Shown here piece by piece: positions 1 through 10,929 of a stretch of DNA of 64,000 bases. Every line of letters begins with the position of its first letter. Within the stretch, counting starts at the first letter, position 1. A program made the position numbers and the translations under genes. This stretch comes from Pseudomonadota bacterium (lineage in GTDB: Bacteria > Bdellovibrionota_C > UBA2361 > OMII01). The stretch is from the NCBI GenBank assembly GCA_038134595.1, contig JAYPVM010000006.1:32001-96000 (forward strand), in the 5' to 3' direction. Under the pieces are notes generated by a model that saw nothing but the letters and a program-made list of their open reading frames with translations, ran no database searches and was not told where the DNA came from.

Positions 1-364
1 GCCTTTCTTCTCGCGCCTTGTCGATCGCGATGTGATAATCAAGCACAAGGTGCGCATCGCGGTCTATTACGATTCGTCCAGGAGAAACATCACCACCAAC
101 AGAACGTATTTGTTCGATCTCCTGGATTAAAATGGACGGGTTTAAAACAACCCCGGCTCCCAAGAGGCATTGAACTCCGGGTCGCAATATTCCACTAGGA
201 AGAAGACTAAGAGCGGTCTTTTCTCCATCGATAACTATCGTATGGCCGGCATTGTTTCCGCCCTGGTAGCGAACTACCCATCGCGCCTGCCTGGTCAATA
301 CATCGACAAATTTACCCTTACCTTCATCTCCCCACTGTGCGCCAACAATTACCATACTCGACAT
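1..364 (-). CDS. purA: Adenylosuccinate synthetase, 5' part (runs off the window start)
   Basis: Manual translation from ATG at 364 gives MSSMVIVGAQWGDEGKGKFVDVL...RYQGGNNAGHTIV, the PurA GDEGKGK and QGGNNAGHT motifs. Not in the ORF track. Confidence 0.96.
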   Translation of the reverse strand, partial: MSSMVIVGAQWGDEGKGKFVDVLTRQARWVVRYQGGNNAGHTIVIDGEKTALSLLPSGILRPGVQCLLGAGVVLNPSILIQEIEQIRSVGGDVSPGRIVIDRDAHLVLDYHIAIDKAREER

Positions 365-496
365 ATCGTTTGCCCTCTTCTCTCTCGATCTCGCTTGCGA
401 AACTTCCCGCCAGCGAATCGTTACTAGACAACCAGTTAAAGCCCGTTGAGTCTATCAAGGTCTTTTTTTAAAACACACACAATTTATCTCTCTTAG

Positions 497-1387
497 CTAT
501 CTACCCACGTTCTTAAAAAACGCGAATCGCTCTCCTGCTATAACTTCCAGAAGACCAAGACTTTCCGACGTGCAAGAATCGGAAAATACAACGTATTCTC
601 CAACACTTAAAACATACTGCTTAGTCGCACACTCCCAGGCTTGCTTCAAGGCCGATTCCTTCCCCTGAAGTAGCCTCTCTGAATCCAATTCATCTAACTC
701 TATGCGTTTACTATCTGGTAGAGCACAGGCCCAATCGACAAGGCTTTCCCAGTCTACATCATCAACTGAAACGGCATTGTCTATCGAAAATCCTCCCGAA
801 ACCTCGCGGTGAATTGACTCAACCGCTCCGCCACATCCCAAACGCTCGCCGATATCACGCGCAAGCGAACGAACATAGGTTCCTGGACTACACGACACAC
901 GGTAGGAAAATGAAGCTCTATCATCTAGAGGAAGACACTCGAATTGATCGATTATCACTGCCCTTGAGGCCAAGTCAAAAGACTCTCCCATTCGATGTCG
1001 AGTATAGGCTCTTTTACCGTTTACCTTTACTGCACTAACCTTGGGAGGAACTTGACGAATTTCTCCGACAAACTCTGAGAGAACAGACTCAATCTCAGAC
1101 CATTCAGGAAGCGTGTCCGTTTTCTGAATAATTTCACCCGACATATCGTCTGTCGACGTACGCACTCCTAATCGCATTATTCCGGAGTAAACTTTCATTC
1201 CGCCAGAGGCAAACGGGGCGATCTTGGTTGCGCCGTTAACAAGAACCACAAGAAGGCCCGTAGCATCGGGGTCAAGTGTGCCAGCATGACCGACCTTCGT
1301 CGCACCTAATCTTCTCTTTACCTGTGCAACAATGCGGGCCGAGGAGGTTCCTGCTGGCTTATCTATGAGAACAACTCCGTTCCTCAT
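497..1387 (-). CDS. truB: tRNA pseudouridine(55) synthase
   Basis: IDKPAG, KVGHAGTLDPDATG, SAVKVNGKRAY and GTYVRSLARDIG motifs; last gene of the infB operon. Confidence 0.97.
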   Translation of the reverse strand: MRNGVVLIDKPAGTSSARIVAQVKRRLGATKVGHAGTLDPDATGLLVVLVNGATKIAPFASGGMKVYSGIMRLGVRTSTDDMSGEIIQKTDTLPEWSEIESVLSEFVGEIRQVPPKVSAVKVNGKRAYTRHRMGESFDLASRAVIIDQFECLPLDDRASFSYRVSCSPGTYVRSLARDIGERLGCGGAVESIHREVSGGFSIDNAVSVDDVDWESLVDWACALPDSKRIELDELDSERLLQGKESALKQAWECATKQYVLSVGEYVVFSDSCTSESLGLLEVIAGERFAFFKNVGR

Positions 1388-1394
1388 CTCATCC

Positions 1395-2381
1395 CTACAG
1401 AGCCTTATTTACTGCGGAACGAACAGCAGTCTGCAATTGATCTAAATCACCACGCCAACGAAACGCCGCAGCAGCTTTATGTCCACCACCACCAAGCGAT
1501 TGAGCTATCTGAGAGCAATCAACTACGCCCTGCCGAGAACGCAAACTAACTCGCCAAAGATCTGTGTCTTGTTTGTAGAGCGCCGAAACCTTGACTCCCT
1601 CTATATCACGGGCTTCCTCTGCCAATCCTTCGGCATCAATAATCTCGGCACTAAATGATTTTAACATATCCTGGGTTACAGTGACTTCTGCAAACCCATT
1701 AGGATACACTACAATATCTGATATAGCCGACGCTTGCAGGCGTACCCTTGACAAAGACTGATTACCAAAAAGATCTTGAGCAATGATTGCAGGAAGTGCA
1801 CCTCTCTTTAAGAGATTGTGTGCGACCAAAAACGTTTGTGAAGTAGTACTTCCATATCGGAAAAACCCCGTGTCACCCATAATGCCCGCCAGCAAGCAAT
1901 TAGCCACATCACTCGCGATCAAATCATCACGTCCCGTTTCACGCTCTAGCGCAGTAAGTAGTTCGTATACTAGCTCTGAGGTTGAACTCATGCCTTCGAC
2001 TACATAATTTAACGATCCAAAACGTGAGTTCGATGTATGATGATCGATATTAATTACACAGGTGGCTTGCTTGAGGTTCTCTACTAGGGTGTCCCCAACC
2101 CGATCAGCGCCCCCACAATCACACACTATAAGCGTATCGTCCGATTCGAGCTCTGGCCAAGCCCCCTGTATAACATCCTCCGCGCCTGGGATAGCTCCGT
2201 AGCGAGGCACAAACCCATCGTCGTTGTACACCGCCACAGACTTGCCTAATCGCTTCAATGCCAAAGCCAAACCACAAGATGAACCATAAGCATCTGCATC
2301 AGGATTTGTATGAGAGACCACGACTATGCTCGGTGAGTCGATTATTCTTGAAACGATCTGCCCAATTTCATCAACACTCAC
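1395..2381 (-). CDS. nrnA: DHH/DHHA1 family oligoribonuclease/pAp phosphatase (NrnA-like)
   Basis: HTNPDAD, NIDHH, GIMGDTG and GGGGHKAAA motifs; sits between rbfA and truB. Confidence 0.92.
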   Translation of the reverse strand: MSVDEIGQIVSRIIDSPSIVVVSHTNPDADAYGSSCGLALALKRLGKSVAVYNDDGFVPRYGAIPGAEDVIQGAWPELESDDTLIVCDCGGADRVGDTLVENLKQATCVINIDHHTSNSRFGSLNYVVEGMSSTSELVYELLTALERETGRDDLIASDVANCLLAGIMGDTGFFRYGSTTSQTFLVAHNLLKRGALPAIIAQDLFGNQSLSRVRLQASAISDIVVYPNGFAEVTVTQDMLKSFSAEIIDAEGLAEEARDIEGVKVSALYKQDTDLWRVSLRSRQGVVDCSQIAQSLGGGGHKAAAAFRWRGDLDQLQTAVRSAVNKAL

Positions 2382-2752
2382 TCTGCAGCCTCCCCTGATG
2401 ACTTGATTCTCCCCATGAGTCGCTCAACATCTTCTGCCGTATCAAGGGTATCATCATAGAAAAACTTCAGTTCTGGAACGAAGCGAATTCCAAGCGGTTT
2501 TCCCAACATCCTTCGAAACAATCCCTCTGCGGAAATAAAAGCCTCTGTGACTTCTTGAATACGCTCCTGTCTATCTTGTTCCGAGAGAAACGAGACCACC
2601 CAGTATACCTTCGCCGTCCGTAGGTCAGGGGAAACCATCACTGATGTTATCGTAACTAAATTAAACCGAGGATCAGCGGTGTGCAAAAGATGGTTCGCTA
2701 CCAGCTCTCTTATACGTTCGCCAACCTGATAAACTCTTCTGCTCCCAGCCAT
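2378..2752 (-). CDS. rbfA: Ribosome-binding factor A
   Basis: DPR, VSPDLRTAKVY and IRFVPELKFFYD motifs; follows infB. Start placed at the second Met. Confidence 0.95.
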   Translation of the reverse strand: MAGSRRVYQVGERIRELVANHLLHTADPRFNLVTITSVMVSPDLRTAKVYWVVSFLSEQDRQERIQEVTEAFISAEGLFRRMLGKPLGIRFVPELKFFYDDTLDTAEDVERLMGRIKSSGEAAE

Positions 2753-2827
2753 ATACATCCTCTACTACACAATAATCCTGCTGGTCTTGGAACACTACAA
2801 TAAAGACTTAAAAAGGATGGTCGATAA

Positions 2828-5512
2828 CTATTCCAACGTTGGAGCCACTTCTTTCAATTCGAAGACTTCGATGACGTCTCCAATCTTCACATCATTGTAT
2901 CCCTCTAGGCCGATACCACACTCGAATCCAGCTTGAACCTCTTTTACATCGTCCTTAAAGCGTCGCAAACTAGACATCTTCCCTTCGTGAATAATTCGGC
3001 TATCTCTTAACAACCTAGCACGTGCGTTGCGCCTGATCATTCCACCCGTCACATAACAACCAGCTATTGTGCCAATCTTTGGAATCGTAAAGGTTTCCCT
3101 AACCTCAACCCGTCCGAGATCCGACTCTTCGTGAACTGGATCAAGTAATCCCACCATTGCATTCTTCACATCATCGAGCAGTTCATAGATCACTCGATAA
3201 AAGCGAATCTGAATCCCTGACCGCTCTGCGTCTGCAAGCGCTCTAGGCTCTCCACGTACTCCGAAACCAACGATGATAGCACTTGAAGCAATCGCCAACT
3301 GGACATCACTTTCAGTGATACCACCTACAGCAGCATGGAGCACTCGAACCTTAACCTTCTCGCCTGACAGCTTTTCAATGGATTGTTTAACAGCCTCAAC
3401 GGAACCCTGAACATCGGCCTTTAAAATAACATTCAACTCTGCCGCTGCTTGATTCGATGCTCGCTTAGCAAACTCCTCGAGACTAATAGGGCCACTAGCC
3501 AACGCACGTTGCTGTTGTTCTCTACGCTGTGCCCGATTACTAGCCACTTCACGCGCGTCTGAGTCAGAGCCCATCACAACAAAGTCATCTCCTGCCTCAG
3601 GCATTCCATTGAGACCAGTAATCTCTACTGGTGTCGACGGTCCGGCCTCTTTCAAAGCTTGCCCCTGGTAATCAGTCATAGTTCGCACACGACCGAATTC
3701 ACTACCCGAAACAAAGACATCGCCAACTCGCAACGTTCCAGCCTGTACCAAAACGGTGGCGACCACACCACGCCCGCGATCTTGTCGACTCTCAATAATA
3801 CTCCCCTTCGCGCGTCTATCTGGATTAGCCTTGAAATCTTCCACCTCGGCTATTAGAAGAATGCCTTCAAGCAATTCGGCAACCCCCTCACCTTGAAGTG
3901 CCGACACTGGAAAGAACATAGTATCTCCACCCCAGTCCTCAGGCTGCAACCCGAACTCAGCAAGTTGGGTCCTAATCTTATCCGGATTTGCATCCGGTTT
4001 ATCCATTTTATTGATTGCTACTACAATTGGAACTTTAGCGGCTTGTGCATGGTTGATAGCTTCTCTGGTTTGAGGCATTACACCATCATCGGCAGCAACG
4101 ACTAAAATAACGATATCAGTAACGTTAGCTCCTCTTGCACGCATTGCCGTAAAAGCAGCGTGACCAGGAGTGTCGATAAAGCTAATCTTACCACCAGCAG
4201 GCGTCTCTACGCTGTAGGCACCGATATGTTGCGTAATTCCGCCCGCCTCTTTTGCAACCACAGAGGCACTGCGTATCTGGTCGAGAAGAGAGGTCTTTCC
4301 GTGATCAACGTGCCCCATAACCGTCACCACCGGCGGTCGCGTTACTAATACTGCGCCTTCATCTTCGGCCTCATCCTTGATGAGATCTTCTTCGTTAAAC
4401 TCAACGTGCTTAACTTCATAGCCAAGCTCATCTGCAACTATCTGAGCTGTCTCCTTATCAATGGCGTGATTGATAGTCGCCATCACTCCTAATCCTAGAA
4501 GCTTCGCAATTACCTCACCAGACTTTAGGCTCATCTGCTTTGCCAAATCTCCAACTGTAATCGAATCTCCTAATTCGATTACACGCTTGGTCAATTTAGG
4601 CCGTTCAGCCTCAGTCAGCTCATCATGACCAGCTGAAAGATTCGACTTACCTTTATCCTTTTTACGTCGACCAGTTCGACCAGAATAATCCACCAGGTCA
4701 GTGCTACTAAATTCTCGTCGTCGCCCCTTTCGAGCAGCCCCTTTCCGGCGGGATTTATCATCCTCATCATCGAAATCAACCGGTTTCGGCGCCGCGCGCC
4801 CAACTCGTCCCTGAACCGGCCTAGGCTCAGCAGATCTCGCAGGTCGCTTCTGAGCCAAATCAATCTTACCCAGAATCTTTGGTCCTATCGCACTCTGCTC
4901 CCCTGCTTGCTGCTCAGTATCCGCTGCCACCTCAGAAGCATTCTTCTCGCCACCCTCTTCTACTGAACTCTCGCTCCTTACACTCTCGTCCTTGGCACTT
5001 TCCGCTAGCTCGCTAGGCTCCGTTGCCGCTCCCGCCGCATCCGCACTCTGCCCGCTGGCCTCATCGCCACCAGAAATATCTCCTTTTTCCTCTTTCTCCG
5101 GCGAGTCAGCTTGTTGCGTATCAATAGCTCGAGCAACAGACTCTCCTACAACAACTCCTGAAACCGCCGCATCAGTAGCTTTTTCTTCAGCGAGCTCCCG
5201 ACTTGGTTCCGAAGGAGCTGGATTAACCGAACGTCTACGCCTGATAACATTTCCAGAGCGCTTCTCTACAACTGTGATAGTTGCTCCGGTGTCCTTATCT
5301 ACCTTGGTGGTCACTGTCTCAGTTTCTTTAGGGGTAGACGCCCCGATAGTTTGACGCAGAATCGCCCTTCGGACACTATCCGCTTCATTTGCGTCCAAGG
5401 AGTGGGAATGAGAGCTTTTGCCCGGTATTCCAAGCTCTTGGGTTTTGGCCAAAATGACCTTATTCTCAACCCCAAGTTCCCGTGCTAACTCGTATATACG
5501 TATTTTTGCCAT
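2828..5512 (-). CDS. infB: Translation initiation factor IF-2
   Basis: N-terminal [43 protein letters not shown]-terminal [11 protein letters not shown]. Confidence 0.99.
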   Translation of the reverse strand: MAKIRIYELARELGVENKVILAKTQELGIPGKSSHSHSLDANEADSVRRAILRQTIGASTPKETETVTTKVDKDTGATITVVEKRSGNVIRRRRSVNPAPSEPSRELAEEKATDAAVSGVVVGESVARAIDTQQADSPEKEEKGDISGGDEASGQSADAAGAATEPSELAESAKDESVRSESSVEEGGEKNASEVAADTEQQAGEQSAIGPKILGKIDLAQKRPARSAEPRPVQGRVGRAAPKPVDFDDEDDKSRRKGAARKGRRREFSSTDLVDYSGRTGRRKKDKGKSNLSAGHDELTEAERPKLTKRVIELGDSITVGDLAKQMSLKSGEVIAKLLGLGVMATINHAIDKETAQIVADELGYEVKHVEFNEEDLIKDEAEDEGAVLVTRPPVVTVMGHVDHGKTSLLDQIRSASVVAKEAGGITQHIGAYSVETPAGGKISFIDTPGHAAFTAMRARGANVTDIVILVVAADDGVMPQTREAINHAQAAKVPIVVAINKMDKPDANPDKIRTQLAEFGLQPEDWGGDTMFFPVSALQGEGVAELLEGILLIAEVEDFKANPDRRAKGSIIESRQDRGRGVVATVLVQAGTLRVGDVFVSGSEFGRVRTMTDYQGQALKEAGPSTPVEITGLNGMPEAGDDFVVMGSDSDAREVASNRAQRREQQQRALASGPISLEEFAKRASNQAAAELNVILKADVQGSVEAVKQSIEKLSGEKVKVRVLHAAVGGITESDVQLAIASSAIIVGFGVRGEPRALADAERSGIQIRFYRVIYELLDDVKNAMVGLLDPVHEESDLGRVEVRETFTIPKIGTIAGCYVTGGMIRRNARARLLRDSRIIHEGKMSSLRRFKDDVKEVQAGFECGIGLEGYNDVKIGDVIEVFELKEVAPTLE

Positions 5513-5600
5513 GCGATCTTCTTGTTTTTACTTACCTAATCACCATCTACTCGTGTTTACAAAGCTACTTTCAAACCTCACACGTAAACACCTAAAAACT

Positions 5601-5870
5601 TCACTCAAGCCCTTCCATTAACGCCCTAGCTATCAACGGCAGAGAATCAAAGTCAACTCTGACCTTTTCAACTCGCAGTGCACGTTTCCACTTAGCCGGC
5701 TGATTCATCTTAGACAGACATTCAACCCTTCTGTGGACATATGCCCCACGACCAGGCAACCGATGGTTTTCATCCCATCGCAGAGCCAAATCACTAACCA
5801 CCATCCGCACTAACTCTCCCTTTGGAGCCTTTGCACGACAAATACAACACGTCCGCTGCTGCAAAGCCAA
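5601..5870 (-). CDS. ylxR: YlxR/DUF448 (RnpM) family RNA-binding protein
   Basis: QRTCCICR, ELVR and PGRGAYVH motifs; between nusA and infB. Confidence 0.9.
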   Translation of the reverse strand: MALQQRTCCICRAKAPKGELVRMVVSDLALRWDENHRLPGRGAYVHRRVECLSKMNQPAKWKRALRVEKVRVDFDSLPLIARALMEGLE

Positions 5871-5887
5871 GTCCTACATCACCAACA

Positions 5888-7390
5888 TTAGCTTACAGAT
5901 TCTCTCTGTGCGCCAACACCACCCCGTAAAAACTTCTCTATCGCTTCCCGAACAGCAGAAACATCATGTTCTCCAATCCCGTCAACCGCGGACAAAACCT
6001 CGTCATCCGCCTCGATCAGTCGCTGAATGGTTGAAAACTTTGCGGCAACAAGCAAATCTCGAACATCTACCGGTATAGCAAGCCTATCAAGATCACTATA
6101 CACCGCTTCCTCTGCCTCAATACCATCTCCCTCTAGACCCTCATCGCCCAACGTGGCCAGATGCTCCTTGGCTTTAGCAATGATATCTGAACCCTCAGAT
6201 TGATCGAGCCCTTCGATATCCTCAAAGTCCTCAAGTGTAGCGTCCGCAACATCTCGAACACTGCGAAACCCTTGCTGAAAGAGAATCTCAGCATGCATAA
6301 AATCGATACCCGGAATAGAAGCCAACACCTCTCGTATCCGCTTAGACTCTTCTTCGGCAACAGACACACTCCTTACATCAATCCTCCAACCCGTCACCTT
6401 ACTGGCGAGTTTAACGTTCTGTCCACGCCGACCGATTGCAAGTGACAATTGATCATCAGGCACAACTACCTCCATCGAGTGCTGCTCCTCTTCAACTACT
6501 ACCCTACTCACCTCCGCTGGGGCTAATGCCCGAGCAACAAAACTCGGCTCGTCTGGGGTCCAGGTAATGATATCAATTCGCTCACCCCGAAGCTCCTGTA
6601 CTACAGCCTGAACTCGAGAGCCCTTAATCCCGACACACGCTCCAACTGGATCGATAGACGAATCACTACTGTGAACCGCAATTTTGGCCCGCTCACCTGG
6701 CTCTCTAGCAACTGCTTTTAGCTCAATAGTCCCTTCTGCAATTTCGGGAACCTCGAGCTCAAACAACTTGCGTAAAAAGTCAGGATGGCTTCGAGTTAAA
6801 ATAATCTGAGGCCCCCTGGCTGAACGATCAACATCGAGAATCATTCCTCTGAGCCTATCTCCCGGACGATATTTTTCACGTTGAATCTGCTCACGGCGCG
6901 GTAGTATTGCCTCGGTTCGCCCCAAGTTTACAACAATGTTGCCTCGCTCAGCACGCAGCACAATTCCGTTTATCAATTCGCCTTTTGAATCCTTATACTC
7001 CTCGTAGATAACGCCACGCTCAGCGTCCCGAACTTTTTGCATAATGACTTGTTTGGCTGTCTGAGCCGCGATTCTTCCCAAAACTACTGTATCGAGTTTC
7101 TTTCCAAGCTCTTCACCCACCATCGCCTCAGGATCTCCGGCTCGAGCCTCTTCTAAAGAGATTTGAGTGTCAGGATCCTCTACCGTATCAACGACGACCT
7201 TAAACTGAACCACCTCTACTTCGCCGGTATCCGGGTTCATCTTCGATTCAAGATTCAAGTTGTGGCCAAAATGCTTTCGAGCTGCTGATAGCATCGCAGA
7301 CTCTACCGCCTCAACAAGCACTTGCTTGTCGATACCCTTATCTCGTCCCATTTGTCCTAGAATTGCATTTAAGTCAAAATTCAACGACAT
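5888..7390 (-). CDS. nusA: Transcription termination/antitermination factor NusA
   Basis: GRIAAQTAKQVI, AREPGERAKIAV, DPVGACVG and LSLAIGRRGQNVKLA motifs, plus C-terminal HhH-like repeats. Confidence 0.98.
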   Translation of the reverse strand: MSLNFDLNAILGQMGRDKGIDKQVLVEAVESAMLSAARKHFGHNLNLESKMNPDTGEVEVVQFKVVVDTVEDPDTQISLEEARAGDPEAMVGEELGKKLDTVVLGRIAAQTAKQVIMQKVRDAERGVIYEEYKDSKGELINGIVLRAERGNIVVNLGRTEAILPRREQIQREKYRPGDRLRGMILDVDRSARGPQIILTRSHPDFLRKLFELEVPEIAEGTIELKAVAREPGERAKIAVHSSDSSIDPVGACVGIKGSRVQAVVQELRGERIDIITWTPDEPSFVARALAPAEVSRVVVEEEQHSMEVVVPDDQLSLAIGRRGQNVKLASKVTGWRIDVRSVSVAEEESKRIREVLASIPGIDFMHAEILFQQGFRSVRDVADATLEDFEDIEGLDQSEGSDIIAKAKEHLATLGDEGLEGDGIEAEEAVYSDLDRLAIPVDVRDLLVAAKFSTIQRLIEADDEVLSAVDGIGEHDVSAVREAIEKFLRGGVGAQRESVS

Positions 7391-7424
7391 ATCCTACCTC
7401 ATCATACACAGGCTTACTTACCCA

Positions 7425-7892
7425 TTAAAATTTAAAATCCACCCGAGCTTCCTTAATACTCGCAAACGAAATCAATACCGATTGCGAATCCTGCTCAGAC
7501 TCTAGAGTGATATTACCATCCTGAAATAACTTTATTACCCCAAAAACAACCTTAAACTTTTCTGTCTGCTGGTCCTTGAACTTTATTCGAACTCGCTCTC
7601 CAATCGCAGAGTAGAAGTGCTCTTCAAGCCGAAGCCTTCGATTAACACCCGGACTAGACACCTCCAATGAAGTTCCCGTCGGAATAAAACCCTCGGTCTC
7701 ATCCAAATCCAGAAGGCGCTTGGAAACGCGAACACAATCTTCAAACGTCACACCGCCCTCTTGGTCTGTTGTAATGTAGACACGAAGAAAACCTCCGCCC
7801 TTTGCACCAGGCGTGTCGATATCAAACAACTGAACACCCTCAGCCACCGCGACCGAGTCAACTGTCTGCCACAACGAGGACACAGCACTCAC
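7425..7892 (-). CDS. rimP: Ribosome maturation factor RimP
   Basis: LRVYI, GVTFEDC and LEVSSPGVNR motifs; upstream of nusA. Confidence 0.95.
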   Translation of the reverse strand: MSAVSSLWQTVDSVAVAEGVQLFDIDTPGAKGGGFLRVYITTDQEGGVTFEDCVRVSKRLLDLDETEGFIPTGTSLEVSSPGVNRRLRLEEHFYSAIGERVRIKFKDQQTEKFKVVFGVIKLFQDGNITLESEQDSQSVLISFASIKEARVDFKF

Positions 7893-8235
7893 AATATTTC
7901 CTCCACTACCAACAGTTCGTCATTAAAAGCTTCCTAATCAGGACGCTTGCTATCGCCTTGTTAGCAACGCACCAACCGCAGATACACGCTCCACGCCGCC
8001 ACGAACACGTGACCCTGACAAAATAAATCTGCACCAGGATAACGACTCTTAGAAACAAGGATATGCTCCTAAGCGACAGGGAACTGTCATCACGAGAGAC
8101 TGTAGCATACTCAACCCCAATATGCAACACGCTGAAAATGCTAGGATTATACCCAAGCACTTCAGAGACTCATTCGCTAACAAGCCCCTATAACACTTCT
8201 AATCCGTTACTATTTTTAACTACGCTCTGAAATCA

Positions 8236-8754
8236 CTAACTAGCAGTAAATGATGATAAATGATGAAAGTCTGGCTCCCCCCCTTCAGCATTACGGGACG
8301 ACATGTATGTGACCGATTTGGGAGCATAATGAATCGCCGCTACTTGCCAAGCAGTTACACGCCCCAAATACGCAACGATTTCTTCAAGTCCAAAAACAAG
8401 CTCCACTCTCCATTCACAGCGAGTAATTTCGACAGAGACCGATATCCTGGGCCGCTTACATCGAGCCTCAGCGCGCACTCGATATTCGGAAAACGGCATG
8501 AACCACCAAGCCCCTTGGCTACTCACATTAAACTCAACATACCGCCCGGTGTCGCCTGCAAGAAAGAGTTCGACTACATCCTGCTCCCAAAGCCCCTCAA
8601 CAAATTCCCCCCTTGAATCGACAGAACTATCGCGAGGAGCAAATGGCATCTGAACCGAATAGACACCCTCCTCTTCTCTCAGATTCAGCTCCCAGCAAAG
8701 CGGATCTTCAAGAATCGTCCCGTGCCAATCGTGTACTATAACTCCCTTCATCAC
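8236..8754 (-). CDS. Hypothetical protein, DOMON-like/CBM9-like ligand-binding fold
   Basis: GLWEQDVVELFL...YVEFNVSSQGAWW...FSEYR...PDFH pattern typical of DOMON-like proteins; 4-nt overlap with the upstream radical SAM gene. Confidence 0.6.
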   Translation of the reverse strand: MMKGVIVHDWHGTILEDPLCWELNLREEEGVYSVQMPFAPRDSSVDSRGEFVEGLWEQDVVELFLAGDTGRYVEFNVSSQGAWWFMPFSEYRVRAEARCKRPRISVSVEITRCEWRVELVFGLEEIVAYLGRVTAWQVAAIHYAPKSVTYMSSRNAEGGEPDFHHLSSFTAS

Positions 8755-10292
8755 GCTTTGTCCCCGCCCACGGATACGACTCTTAGCTGTCTGGTTTTGG
8801 CAGATGCTTTTGCCTGCACTCTCCTTGCCGTGGGCTCAACAACAAACGCTTTGAGCTCTTGGGGCAGATCGGTTCTTCCAGTACGTGTATAATCTCTTCC
8901 TAAAAGCGCTCCTACTTCAGCCCTATCGCTTTTTCGCTCATCAACAAAATACTCAAACACTAACAAGACTAGTCTCTTTAACTGAATAGAACTTTGCCGA
9001 CCTGCACGACGATAAAGCCAATCACTCAACGCCAAAAACTCCGCAAAGGGAGAAGCCTCTTCCCTCCACAAAAAGTCACGCGCTTCAATGAAGTTGCCAC
9101 TATTGCCAATTAAATCCCAAAAGCGTGCAAATCGCTCCATTCGTTGTATCTCTTCAAACGAAACATGCCTTGTTTTCAACACTTCATAAGGAGGCACATC
9201 ATTAAAAACTAGTCCAAACTCGTCTACGTGCCTTACAATAGGAGTACCCCGCAAGCGCTTCAGAATCCCAACTTGGATCTCCTGCGGATTAAGCGAAATA
9301 AGCCTATCAAAACCCTTTCCAAAGCTCTCTAGATCTTCCCCTGGAAGCCCTACGATCAAATCGACATGCAAATGAGCATTTGTCTCAGTTCGGAGAAAAT
9401 GAAGATTATCCACTAACTTTTCAAAATCTTGTCGTCGACTAATCCTCACTCCAACCTCTGGGTCAAGAGATTGCACTCCTATTTCGAGCTGCAGCACGCC
9501 GGGCGGAAATTGCTGGACCAACGTGCGCAACGCCTCTGGAAACCTATCAGGTACCATCTCAAAATGAACAAACAATTCAGGGGTGAGGCGTTCGAGAAAA
9601 AATCTCAAAATCTTGGACGATGTTCGAATATTGAGGTTAAACGTCCGATCTACAAACTTAAAGCTCCGAGCCCCACGCTCGTAAAGCGTATCAAGCTCCT
9701 GTAAAACAGACTCACAATCGAATTGACGGACAGGCGTGCTAACAGAGGAGAGGCAAAATTCACACGTGAACGGACACCCCCTCGAGACCTCGACATAGAT
9801 AACCCGATTCGCAATATCATCATCACTGTAGAGATGATACGGAAGTTTAAGCCCAGACACATCAGGCAGAGCAGCACGAATAATCTTTTCACTTGGAATC
9901 TCGGCTTGAAGAACGCTGGCACAAAGATCTCTAAACGCCTCGTCTCCCTCTCCAAGAATTAGAAAATCACTTAACTCCGTTAGGCGCTCACCTGCGTACT
10001 CGTAACTAACCTCCGGACCACCTAAAATAATGATGATGTCTGGGTTAATCTTCTTTAGGATAGAAACTACTTCCTCAGTTCGTTCCCGATTCCATATATA
10101 CACCCCAAAGCCGATAATCCGAGGATTTTGCAGTAACAACTTTTCGGCGATTTCCTTTGCCCGCTGACTATTCTCAAATTCAACAATCTCAGCTCTATCT
10201 TGAAGGCTACCAAGATTGGCGTAAAGATACCGCAAGCCGAAAGCAGTATGAATGAACCGAGCGTTAATGGTCGTTAAAATAATATCCGACAT
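8751..10292 (-). CDS. B12-binding domain radical SAM protein (DUF4080-type C-terminus)
   Basis: N-terminal INARFIH...GVYIWN...LGGPEVS cobalamin-binding domain; SRGCPFTCEFC CxxxCxxC motif; FKFVDRTFN. Start placed at ATG 10292. Confidence 0.9.
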   Translation of the reverse strand: MSDIILTTINARFIHTAFGLRYLYANLGSLQDRAEIVEFENSQRAKEIAEKLLLQNPRIIGFGVYIWNRERTEEVVSILKKINPDIIIILGGPEVSYEYAGERLTELSDFLILGEGDEAFRDLCASVLQAEIPSEKIIRAALPDVSGLKLPYHLYSDDDIANRVIYVEVSRGCPFTCEFCLSSVSTPVRQFDCESVLQELDTLYERGARSFKFVDRTFNLNIRTSSKILRFFLERLTPELFVHFEMVPDRFPEALRTLVQQFPPGVLQLEIGVQSLDPEVGVRISRRQDFEKLVDNLHFLRTETNAHLHVDLIVGLPGEDLESFGKGFDRLISLNPQEIQVGILKRLRGTPIVRHVDEFGLVFNDVPPYEVLKTRHVSFEEIQRMERFARFWDLIGNSGNFIEARDFLWREEASPFAEFLALSDWLYRRAGRQSSIQLKRLVLLVFEYFVDERKSDRAEVGALLGRDYTRTGRTDLPQELKAFVVEPTARRVQAKASAKTRQLRVVSVGGDKA

Positions 10293-10492
10293 ACGCCCAT
10301 AGTACCTCGACCGACCAAAAAATAACACTACGACAAAAAAGAACGTCGCAACATCAGCCTTGCTCAGTCAACTCACCATACTCCAATAAGTTAGCCCTCT
10401 CAGTTTCACCGACCCCGAAACGACGAATAAGTGAACTGAGCTTCTCCATAATGAATATCATCCACATACTTACATAATGACGGCATTCTACC

Positions 10493-10924
10493 GTGATGAA
10501 CGAACGGTGGATACTGGTGGCTAGTCGAGAGGAAGCGCGAATTTTTTCACTCACCGCAGAGCGAGACCTCGTTCTCATAGCTGACATCGGAAACCCAACG
10601 GCACGCCTAAAATTACAGGATCTAGAGAGTGATACACCTGGTCGAGTCTCAGACAACAGGATGAGGGCTCGCTATCCTCTCCGCTCAGAGGAAACAAGTA
10701 AGGAACGACTAGTACGTGACTTCTACCGCGAGGTGTTCGATTTCCTTGAAAAAAAGTTTTTCGCACATGAATTCTCGCATCTCACCTGTATCGCTGAACC
10801 GCGCTTGCTCGGCATCTTACGTCGTCTGTACCCATCGGCGCTCGAGCGGATCAAGCCAGACGAGATACCCAAAGACCTATCTTTCGAGCCCCCTCCCAAC
10901 ATCGCAAAATATCTGCACAGATAA
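10493..10924 (+). CDS. Host attachment protein (AtsE/baeRF12-like)
   Basis: WILVA..EARIF, DL.SD.PGR, AEPRLLG.LR and KDL pattern of host-attachment family proteins. Confidence 0.8.
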   Translation: MMNERWILVASREEARIFSLTAERDLVLIADIGNPTARLKLQDLESDTPGRVSDNRMRARYPLRSEETSKERLVRDFYREVFDFLEKKFFAHEFSHLTCIAEPRLLGILRRLYPSALERIKPDEIPKDLSFEPPPNIAKYLHR

Positions 10925-10929
10925 CGCCC

